Assembly (NCBI GenBank): GCA_965217585.1
Contig: OZ244561.1
Span: forward strand, 3,136,001-3,200,000
DNA length: 64,000 nt
DNA from: Candidatus Latescibacterota bacterium
GTDB taxonomy: Bacteria > Latescibacterota > UBA2968 > UBA8231
Direction of reading: 5' to 3'
The translations under genes and the position numbers were made by a program. How positions within the stretch are numbered: position 1 is the stretch's first letter; each line of letters opens with the position of its first letter. Below, piece by piece: positions 56,573-64,000 of the stretch. Under the pieces are notes generated by a model. That model was not told where the DNA came from. It ran no database searches and saw only the letters and a list, made by a program, of their open reading frames with translations.

Positions 56573-57838
56573 CAGGGCAATCGCATTATAAATGGCCATG
56601 CGACAAAAGTTTAGCCAGATATTTGTGGTCCCAGCCAGCCTTGAGCCGTTTGGTTTGCATGCCGGCTTTGGTCGTTTTGTCTTGCTGGAGTAGATTGAGC
56701 GCGATGTGGCGTATAACGGCCATATTTTCGGGGCCATGCCCCCGGCGTATGCGGGACTGATCTTCGTTGAAGACGACATCAAGGATCCAGTGTAATGCAT
56801 TCTCAATAGCCCAATGCCCGCGCACGGCCTGCCCCAACCGTTGGGCGTTGTTGTCCAGCGTGGAGATATAGTAACGTCGTTCGACCGAAACAGTATCGCC
56901 GCAGCGCCGGGTGGCCTCGACCATACCAAACAGGCGTAAGCCCGGCCACAGGGCATGCCCGGCAAAATCCTCGATCTGGTCGGTGGTCCAGTACTGCCGC
57001 GTTTCGCAACGCCCGTGGTTTTCGTCCTGAGTACCCCAATAATCTACGGCGGGATCAGCGTGGAGTTTCGAGTCGGAACGGTCAAAAAGCTGTTGGAGAT
57101 GGGCGTGGAGTTTGGGTTGATTGGCCTTGACGGCCAGCACATAGTCGGCCTCTTGTTCGACGACCTGTTCGGCCGTGCTCGTATGACACCCCAACGCATC
57201 GGTGGTGACCAGGCAGCCTTTGAGGCCTAACACGCGTAATAATTCGGGGATAATCGAGATTTCTTCCAAGGCTTCTTCACCATGGAATTGTCCCAAGACC
57301 AGCCGATTTTTTACCGCCCAAGCATGCACCATGTGGATGGCGGCTTGGCCCGAGCCTGTATCGTAGGAGCGGCGCAGCGTCTTGCCATCCAGCGGCACGA
57401 TCTCGCCTTCGTCGGCCAACTTCGGCATCAGCGATTGCACCCAAGCGGTGAAACAGTCTTGGAAATGCCAAGGCGAAATACGGGCCAACACGCGACCGAA
57501 GGTATCATGCGAGGGGATGCCGTTGGGCAAAGCCAAGAACGTCTTAAGCCAGTCGGTTTTAGCCCGGCCAAATTCGGCGATCGCCACCCAGTTGTCGGCC
57601 CCGCAGATAGAGCCACACACCGCAATCATGAGAATATCAATCAAGCGATGCGCCCGACAACGCTCCATACGCGGGTCGGGGATATCGGCCAGATAATCCA
57701 GCAACCCTGAAGACGATGAGGGCATGAAGAAACACTCCGAGCAAGAGGGAAATGGGAGGACATGAAGCTAATCTCCATAGAACGGCCAAAAGTAACATAA
57801 CCGCATGGTAAAAATCAACTTATAATGCGATTGCCCTG
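56573..57838 (-). mobile_element. ISAs1-family insertion sequence
   Basis: Perfect 19-bp TIRs CAGGGCAATCGCATTATAA; 10-bp target duplication CCTAGTGCCC (56563-56572, 57839-57848). Confidence 0.95.
56586..57725 (-). CDS. ISAs1-family transposase
   Basis: 'DPR', 'GIPSHDTF', 'DGK.LR', 'DA.GC', 'K.NQ', 'HW.IEN.LHW.LDV.F.ED'. Confidence 0.95.
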   Translation of the reverse strand: MPSSSSGLLDYLADIPDPRMERCRAHRLIDILMIAVCGSICGADNWVAIAEFGRAKTDWLKTFLALPNGIPSHDTFGRVLARISPWHFQDCFTAWVQSLMPKLADEGEIVPLDGKTLRRSYDTGSGQAAIHMVHAWAVKNRLVLGQFHGEEALEEISIIPELLRVLGLKGCLVTTDALGCHTSTAEQVVEQEADYVLAVKANQPKLHAHLQQLFDRSDSKLHADPAVDYWGTQDENHGRCETRQYWTTDQIEDFAGHALWPGLRLFGMVEATRRCGDTVSVERRYYISTLDNNAQRLGQAVRGHWAIENALHWILDVVFNEDQSRIRRGHGPENMAVIRHIALNLLQQDKTTKAGMQTKRLKAGWDHKYLAKLLSHGHL

Positions 57839-58256
57839 CCTAGTGCCCTTGTGCGGCTCATTGGTCCAGCGGCCTTCCAACGTCCGATAGTTCACGTCGT
57901 AATCGGTAGCTCCAGCCACGGCGTCCCAGCGCACCCGAGCAGATGAATCGGAAAGCACCTCACTCCGCAGGTTCGTCGGCTCTCTTGGCGCGTCTTGAGA
58001 CGCGGTGAGCTTGCCGGCCGAAGAAAGAGGAGCGGGCCGATCCTTGGAGCAAGCGATAAGAGCAAGGGAGATAAGTACTACGAGAGTGCGGAGCATAAGG
58101 GCACCTCATCAGGTGAGAGAGTAGACAAGTTTCTTTTTTTATAGATAGGAGAAAAGTCGGGCCTTGTCTACTCTCATTGCTCCGCTTTTCCTCGTCGCGC
58201 CAGGTCAACACAGCTTCCCGTTGATCTGGCTCCATTTTTGCTTGCTAGAGGGTTTC

Positions 58257-58484
58257 CGCCGGCGTTGGGTTTAAGTACCGATAAACCCTAGAGCGATTTG
58301 TATTGCTGCTTCCATAATTCACTCCTAGCGACCCTACACCTCAGCCAGCGCCTGCGCAAAGTCCGCGCACAAATCCTCGGCGGCCTCAATGCCGCACGCC
58401 ACTCGAACCAAACCGTCGGCTATGCCCATGGCCGCCCGCTCCTCTCGACGCAAGCCGCTGTGCGACGTGGTGACTGGCCGAGTG
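58257..58484 (-). repeat. Source copy of the duplicated gene 3' end
   Basis: Matches 54944-55159, including the GGGTTT..AAACCC hairpin. Confidence 0.88.
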
Positions 58485-59473
58485 ATGAGGGTTTCGACCC
58501 CGCCGAGACTGGGGGCTGACGCCGGCAAAACCAGCTTGGACAGCAACCGCTCGGCGGCCTCCACGCCCCCGTGCAGCTCAAAGCTCAATACCCCACCCGC
58601 CCCGGCAAACAGCCGCTGCGCCCGCTCGTATTGCGGATGGCTTTCCAGCCCTGGGTAATTCACTCGTGCCACCTGTGCCTGCTCGGCCAAAAAGTGCGCT
58701 AGCCGCAACCCATTTTCGTCGTGTTGCCGCATTCTCAGCGATAGGGTTTTCAAGCCCCGTTGCAGCAGAAAGCAGGCGTGGGGATCTAGTGAGCCGCCCA
58801 AGTGATTCAGCTTGTGTCTAATGGCTGTGACGTGTGCAGCCGAGCCGACGACCACGCCCGCGACGATATCCGAATGGCCGTTGAGATACTTGGTCGCGCT
58901 GTGCAGTTCTATATCAAACCCGATTTCCAGCGGGCGGAAGTTGCACGGCGAGGCAAAGGTATTGTCGATCAGCGAGACTAGTCCGTGCTCGCGGGCAAAC
59001 GCCACTACTGCCTCTAAATCCGCAACCTCTAATAGCGGGTTGGTCATGGTCTCCACGTAGATCGCCCGCGTCTCGGGCCGCAGCTTGGCCGCCCACGTCT
59101 CAGGCGCGTTGCCAGCGATAAAGTCGTAGCTCAGCCCCAAATCTGGCGCATCCTGCGTCACAAAGCTGTGCGTACCCCCGTAAAGGCAGTCTTGGATCAG
59201 CAGGTGATCGCCGCTGTTGAGTACGGTCAGCAGCGCCGTGGTGATCGCCGCCATTCCCGAGCCGGCGACTAAGGCGTCCTCGCCGCCGCAGACAGAGGCC
59301 AGTTTGGCGTGCAAGGCGCGGTGATTGGGCGTGTTGTTGAGGCGGAGATAGCGGATGGCGTCGTAGTCCTGCTCGTCTTGCGAGACAAAAGTCGAGCTCT
59401 GGAAGATCGGTAGCACCACGGCACCGTCGATGCGCTCCTCGCCAGCGTGGACGAGGCGGGTCTGAATATCCAT
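58334..59473 (-). CDS. PLP-dependent Cys/Met metabolism enzyme (cystathionine gamma-synthase/lyase family)
   Basis: 'PIFQSSTF', 'SGMAAI', 'DNTFA', 'HSATKYLNGHSD', 'SLGGVE'. Confidence 0.92.
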   Translation of the reverse strand: MDIQTRLVHAGEERIDGAVVLPIFQSSTFVSQDEQDYDAIRYLRLNNTPNHRALHAKLASVCGGEDALVAGSGMAAITTALLTVLNSGDHLLIQDCLYGGTHSFVTQDAPDLGLSYDFIAGNAPETWAAKLRPETRAIYVETMTNPLLEVADLEAVVAFAREHGLVSLIDNTFASPCNFRPLEIGFDIELHSATKYLNGHSDIVAGVVVGSAAHVTAIRHKLNHLGGSLDPHACFLLQRGLKTLSLRMRQHDENGLRLAHFLAEQAQVARVNYPGLESHPQYERAQRLFAGAGGVLSFELHGGVEAAERLLSKLVLPASAPSLGGVETLITRPVTTSHSGLRREERAAMGIADGLVRVACGIEAAEDLCADFAQALAEV

Positions 59474-59492
59474 GTAGATTTCCTTAGCTGGT

Positions 59493-61604
59493 TTACAGGA
59501 CAAATTGGGTGAGCAGCCGCTCGTATAGCCGAATGAAGTCCCGGCGGCCGTTGTCGCGGTTGTAAACGTAGCACATGGGGTTGGGATTGATCTCTATAAT
59601 GGAGAAACCGGCCGCGCCGTGGATGAGGTCAATGGCGTAAAAACCGAGCGAGTACACACCGGCCACTTGCTCAGTTAGCTGTTGCATCTGCTCTAGCAGA
59701 GTCGCGTCCTCCACGCGCCCGGCGCGCCCGGTGGTCTGATGAAGCGGATTGAGGTCGCCATCTCCCCCCACGGCCTCGCTCTCTTTGCGATAGGCCAGCA
59801 ACAGCTCTTCGTGACTGGCGACGATCCGATACTCTGGCCCGGCCACGTATTGCTGCACCAGCGCGACGTTGTCCAAAAAGCCGCTGTTGGCAAAGAGGGA
59901 TTCGAGCCGCTTGCTGAGGTCTGCCGCGTTGCGCTCCAAGAACACGCCCTGCGCCAGCGAGCTGTGGCACTTCTTGACCAACAGGGGGAACTCGAACCGC
60001 GCCACTACCTCCGCGACGATTTCCGCGACTGTAGCGTGCGTCTTGTAGCGGTCGAAGCGCGCGTCGGCTAGCGGGTTGAAGAGCTTGAGCGTATCGGGGA
60101 TGGGCAACCCGGCGGTGGCGAAATCCTCATACTGATACGCCTTGTCTTCGGCGAGCCGGGCTTCGACGTAGTCGTTGAAGGGATGCTTGTTGCGCCAGAA
60201 GCGCAGGGGCCGCCGTCTGCCCGACAGCTTGAGCCGAGTGCCGTCGTCCGAAATCCACTCGCAGACGAGTCCCTGCCGCCGACCCGCTTCGGCGACGCAC
60301 TCCAGATTCTCCAGCGCCATGTCTTCGGTGATGCCATCGCGCTCGCCGGGCAGGTCGAAAAACTCCCGCGCCCGTGCTACCAAGTGCAGCGACCCGGCCA
60401 CGCAGACTTGGCCTTTGCGCCCCGCCAACGCCAGCGCGCGCTTGAGAGCCTGGCTGCTTGCAGGTACCTGCTCGACGGCTAGCCCGTCCGGTGCTAGGTC
60501 CGCTAGCACCGCTGGTGCCAGCGCCCGTGGATGGTCCGACGAAGTCAGCAAGACTCGCTGCGCCACCGGCGCTAGGGTGCGCAAAATCCCCGAGGCATCG
60601 TGCCCGGTTCCTGCGCCAACCACCAGCACCCATGCGTCGCCAGTATTGGCGACGGGACGCTCTCCGCTCAGCCGCTGTAACTCCCCGGCCAACGCCTGTG
60701 CAGCCGCTGGATTGTGCGCGCCGTCGAGCAAGACCAACGGCTTTTCTTGCGCCACTTCAAAGCGACCCGGCCAGTGGTGGGTCGCCACGACTTGGTGTGC
60801 TACTTCGTCTTCTATGCCCTGGACGAGCCCCTGCGCAGCCGCAAGGGCCAGCCGCGCATTTTCCGCGTAGATCGCTGGATGGCCCGTTAGGTGACCTAGG
60901 TGCCATTCCGTTTCAGCGATTTGCAACTCCACTTCTCGCTTTGCACAGGTCCGCCGGATTAGATCCATCACCTCGGGTGTCTGAGCCGCCGTGGTGACGA
61001 GCGTGCGACCCGACCGGGCGATGTGCAGCTTGTCGGCGGCGATTTCCTTCAAGGTATTGCCCAGCAGGTCCATGTGGTCTAGGCCAATGGCCGTCAGGAC
61101 TGCTAGCTCCGAGTCCCAGGCGTTGGTCGCGTCGTAGCGGCCCCCGAGTCCTACCTCAAAAACCCCGAACTCCACGCCCTGCTGCGCGAAGAGATGGGCC
61201 GCGAGGCCGGTCAGGGCCTCGAACTTGCTAAACGAACCCAAGGCCTCCCGGCCAAAGTCGCGGGTGCAATCGTCGAGATGTGACACGGCGTCAGCCCATT
61301 GTTCCTTGCTGAGGATCTCGCCGTCAATGCGGATCCGCTCGCGCTGGGTGTGCAGATGCGGCGAAGTGTATAGCCCGGCCTTGTGCCCCTGCGCCTTTAG
61401 GATGGCGGCGAGCAAGCTAGCGACCGTTCCCTTGCCGTTGGTGCCGCCGACAATGACCGAGCGGAAGCGCGTCTGCGGGTCGCCGAGGCGGGTCAGCAGG
61501 GCGCGCATCCTCGGCAGGTAATCCGCGATTGGCCCGAGCGCTGGACGGCCGACCTCCCAATCGGGCAGGGCGTCCAAATAGCGTTTGGCGCGAAAGTAAT
61601 CCAT
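59493..61604 (-). CDS. FolC/folylpolyglutamate synthase-like Mur ligase fused to a C-terminal ATP-grasp domain
   Basis: 'GTNGKGT', 'YTSPHL', 'EVGLGGR.D.TN', 'WPGRFE', 'DGAHN', 'GSL.L'; then 'EDK', 'FPL.VK', 'QQYV.G.EYR', 'IDL', 'IEIN.NP'. Confidence 0.85.
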   Translation of the reverse strand: MDYFRAKRYLDALPDWEVGRPALGPIADYLPRMRALLTRLGDPQTRFRSVIVGGTNGKGTVASLLAAILKAQGHKAGLYTSPHLHTQRERIRIDGEILSKEQWADAVSHLDDCTRDFGREALGSFSKFEALTGLAAHLFAQQGVEFGVFEVGLGGRYDATNAWDSELAVLTAIGLDHMDLLGNTLKEIAADKLHIARSGRTLVTTAAQTPEVMDLIRRTCAKREVELQIAETEWHLGHLTGHPAIYAENARLALAAAQGLVQGIEDEVAHQVVATHHWPGRFEVAQEKPLVLLDGAHNPAAAQALAGELQRLSGERPVANTGDAWVLVVGAGTGHDASGILRTLAPVAQRVLLTSSDHPRALAPAVLADLAPDGLAVEQVPASSQALKRALALAGRKGQVCVAGSLHLVARAREFFDLPGERDGITEDMALENLECVAEAGRRQGLVCEWISDDGTRLKLSGRRRPLRFWRNKHPFNDYVEARLAEDKAYQYEDFATAGLPIPDTLKLFNPLADARFDRYKTHATVAEIVAEVVARFEFPLLVKKCHSSLAQGVFLERNAADLSKRLESLFANSGFLDNVALVQQYVAGPEYRIVASHEELLLAYRKESEAVGGDGDLNPLHQTTGRAGRVEDATLLEQMQQLTEQVAGVYSLGFYAIDLIHGAAGFSIIEINPNPMCYVYNRDNGRRDFIRLYERLLTQFVL

Positions 61605-61624
61605 GTAGTGGGAAAGGGTGCGGC

Positions 61625-62674
61625 TCAACCGCCGCGGGTGTGCATCTCGCGGTGCGGATCGGCTTTTAAGGCTTCGACCGGATAGAGTGCGCCGCGCTGT
61701 GGGTCGCGGCTCCGCTCTTCGGCGCTTTGATCCGTTCGCCCTGCCCACCCGGCGCTGATACGCCTCACGAGCCGCTCCCGGTCCGCTCCGCCGCGCAACA
61801 AAGGCTTTAGATCGGTGCCTTGCTGCGCGTACAGACACGTGTACCACAGCCCGTCGGCCGTCAGCCGACTGCGGTCGCAGGCTCCGCAAAACGGCTCGGA
61901 GACCGACGCGACAATGCCAAAGCGCGTCCCATCGCTCAAGCGGAAGCGCTCTGCAGGCGCTGAGCCGCGGCCAGCCTCGCGCTCGATCGGCCCGTAGTGG
62001 GCCGTCAGCCGCGCCAGTATTTCCGCCTGCGACACGACTTTTTGCATAGACCACTGGGTCGCGCCACCTACGTCCATGTATTCGATGAAGCGGACTTCGG
62101 CCCCTACCTCGCGCCCGAATTCGAGGAGATCCACGAGTTCGTCGTCGTTGAAATCGCGCATGACGACCACGTTGAGCTTGAGCGCGTCAAAGCCAATGGC
62201 CGCGGCCACGCGGATCCCCTCCAGCGCCTTGGCGTGAGTGCTGCGGCGCGTCAAGGCCGCGAAGCGCGCTGGATCTAATGAGTCCAAGCTGACGGTGATC
62301 CGCTGCAAACCAGCAGCCCGCAATGGCTCGGCCCACCGCGCCAATCGCGTAGCGTTGGTAGTCATTGCCAAGTCTTCGACGAGGGGCAGCGCGGCGAGGC
62401 GGGCGACGAGCGCGGGCAGGTCGGCGCGCAACAGCGGCTCGCCGCCGGTCAGGCGCACGCTGCGGACTCCAACTTGGCAAAAGGCATCGACCACGCGCTC
62501 GATCTCGGAGGCGTTGAGGATGTCTTTACTGGGCAGCCAAGTGTAGTGCTCTTCGGGCATGCAGTACTGGCAGCGCAGGTCGCAGCGGTCGATTACCGAC
62601 ACGCGCAAAGAGGCCAACGGGCGGCCCAAAAGGTCGCGCACCAACTCGGTTTTGGCAGGTGTTTCAAGGGCCAT
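61625..62674 (-). CDS. moaA: GTP 3',8-cyclase MoaA
   Basis: CxxxCxxC 'CDLRCQYC', 'RLTGGEP', 'FC..C.R.RLT.DG....CL', C-terminal GG. Confidence 0.95.
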   Translation of the reverse strand: MALETPAKTELVRDLLGRPLASLRVSVIDRCDLRCQYCMPEEHYTWLPSKDILNASEIERVVDAFCQVGVRSVRLTGGEPLLRADLPALVARLAALPLVEDLAMTTNATRLARWAEPLRAAGLQRITVSLDSLDPARFAALTRRSTHAKALEGIRVAAAIGFDALKLNVVVMRDFNDDELVDLLEFGREVGAEVRFIEYMDVGGATQWSMQKVVSQAEILARLTAHYGPIEREAGRGSAPAERFRLSDGTRFGIVASVSEPFCGACDRSRLTADGLWYTCLYAQQGTDLKPLLRGGADRERLVRRISAGWAGRTDQSAEERSRDPQRGALYPVEALKADPHREMHTRGG

Positions 62675-62877
62675 ACAAAGGCATCCACAGACGGTGTTAA
62701 AGAGACTTGAGAATATAGAGAATCCCTAGCAGTGGGCAATGTCCGGCGAAGTTGGCGCGTTCTTGCTGTACGGAAGTCGGCGCGTGATATTAGGGAACTT
62801 GCACCGCCCGTGCCGTCGGAGAGAGAAGCGTTGTGGGCGGCGAATAGGACGTTACACCGCGCAACGAGAGGGGTCTA

Positions 62878-63774
62878 ATGAGTGCCACTGCCGCGATCCA
62901 AGAGATGCTCGCCGAGCACGGGTATGTCGCCGATCGCCAAGTCGTTATGTCCGTGTACCTCGCTCAGACCTTGGAGCGTCCCTTGCTCATCGAGGGGCCG
63001 GCTGGCGTCGGCAAAACCGAGGTCGCCAAGGTCGTAGCCCGCGCCCTCGACACCGAGTTGATTCGTTTGCAGTGCTACGAGGGGCTAGACGCCCACGCCG
63101 CCCTGTACGAGTGGAACTACCAGCGCCAGCTCTTACACATCAAGCTCGACGAGAAGAGCCAACGTCCCCTAGCCGAGCGCGAGGCCGACCTCTTCTCCGA
63201 GGACTTTCTGCTCAAGCGCCCCTTGCTCCAAGCCATTACCCAGCCCGTCCCGCCGGTGCTGCTGATCGACGAACTCGACCGCGCCGACGAAGAGTTTGAG
63301 AGCTTCCTCCTCGAAGTGCTGTCCGACTGGCAGATTACCGTCCCCGAGATCGGCACCATTCGCGCGGCGGCGCGGCCACACGTAATCCTGACCAGCAATC
63401 GCACCCGCGAACTCTCCGCCGCCGTGCGCCGCCGCTGCTTCTACCTGTGGATCGACTACCCGGAATTTGCCAAGGAAGTGGAGATCGTGCGCGGCAAGGT
63501 CGCCGGGATCGACGCTCAGCTCGCCGAGCAGATTTGTCGCTTCATGGAAAAGATCCGCATGCAGCGCCTCGAAAAGATCCCCGGTGTCGCCGAAACCCTC
63601 GACTGGGCCAAGGCCCTCGTCGCCCTACACCAGCACCACCTCGACCTCGAAGTCGTGGCGGATACCTTGGGCATTGTATTCAAGGACCAGCGCGACGTGG
63701 CGCAGGTAAAGCAATCGCTGGCCGAGTTCTTGGAAGGATTGGGGGTCCGCGCCAAGCTGGCTCCAGAACAATGA
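62878..63774 (+). CDS. MoxR-family AAA+ ATPase (CoxD-like)
   Basis: 'GPAGVGKTE', 'LQCYEG', 'LYEWNY', 'LLIDE.D', 'TSN.TRE', 'RRRC'. Confidence 0.9.
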   Translation: MSATAAIQEMLAEHGYVADRQVVMSVYLAQTLERPLLIEGPAGVGKTEVAKVVARALDTELIRLQCYEGLDAHAALYEWNYQRQLLHIKLDEKSQRPLAEREADLFSEDFLLKRPLLQAITQPVPPVLLIDELDRADEEFESFLLEVLSDWQITVPEIGTIRAAARPHVILTSNRTRELSAAVRRRCFYLWIDYPEFAKEVEIVRGKVAGIDAQLAEQICRFMEKIRMQRLEKIPGVAETLDWAKALVALHQHHLDLEVVADTLGIVFKDQRDVAQVKQSLAEFLEGLGVRAKLAPEQ

Positions 63775-64000
63775 ATCACAAAATCGACGACATCGCCCTG
63801 CACGGCGCGTTGAGCGCGAATGTGGTCGGCTTCTGCCGCCTGTTGCGCGCCCAGCAGTCCGGCCCGGCCTTAGGCGAGGAGCAAGACGCGCTTCGCGCTC
63901 TCGCGGCCATTGACCTGTCAGACCCGGAGGACTTTCGGCTAAGTTTGCGGACGACCTTGGCCAAGACGCCCGATGAGCAGAAGTTCTTCGACGCACTCTT
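63771..64000 (+). CDS. CoxE-like VWA protein, 3'-partial
   Basis: ATGA overlap with MoxR; 'VVGF.R.LR', 'DA..AL', 'LR.TL'; runs off the window. Confidence 0.7.
   Translation, partial: MNHKIDDIALHGALSANVVGFCRLLRAQQSGPALGEEQDALRALAAIDLSDPEDFRLSLRTTLAKTPDEQKFFDAL

Larger units (their letters stand above)
55456..58096 (-). pseudogene. Lipoprotein with FN3 domain and zincin (HELGH) metalloprotease domain, interrupted by ISAs1
   Basis: Lipobox 'LIAC'; FN3 '...PHKGTR|LYNTIYDLEPSTEYRWAVRA' rejoins across the IS; 'HHELGHVFG'. Confidence 0.82.

Noticed and set aside
61605-62054. N-terminal 150 aa of the 853-aa ORF call
   Set aside because: Overlaps moaA in another frame and is Arg-rich noise; FolC homology starts at ATG 61604
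1779-63996. Many long antisense and alternate-frame ORFs in the track (e.g. 3032-3922, 25113-26030, 28582-29361)
   Set aside because: Expected shadows of real genes in high-GC DNA; no recognisable motifs
1-64000. tRNA, rRNA, CRISPR array, prophage or integrase
   Set aside because: None recognisable by eye; a tRNAscan/Infernal run would be needed to exclude small RNAs

Overview
A 64 kb chromosomal segment from a GC-rich bacterium, dominated by carbohydrate and organic-acid catabolism genes (enolase-superfamily, SDR, PhyH, DHDPS-family), with several AT-richer accessory islets. The gene mix suggests a marine or host-associated heterotroph, but that is inference only. Main points: (1) a bacterial microcompartment (BMC) operon at 2.7-11.4 kb with aldehyde dehydrogenase, PduL, a pentamer, a shell protein made of four fused BMC domains and a DHDPS-type (class I) aldolase as apparent signature enzyme; (2) a Tro/Mnt-type metal ABC operon in which both permeases carry DtxR-like C-terminal domains; (3) a type IIG restriction-modification gene followed by a Ubl / E2-like / JAB-E1 ubiquitination-like operon, lying between two copies of the RM gene's 3' end; (4) a second cargo block bracketed by a duplicated gene 3' end, next to two tandem unannotated hydrophobic-polybasic micropeptide genes; (5) a FolC-like ligase fused to an ATP-grasp domain. 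Also present: three type II toxin-antitoxin pairs, IS5- and ISAs1-family elements, a MITE-like element and several pseudogenes. No rRNA, tRNA or CRISPR array was seen. All family calls come from motif recognition by eye, not database searches.
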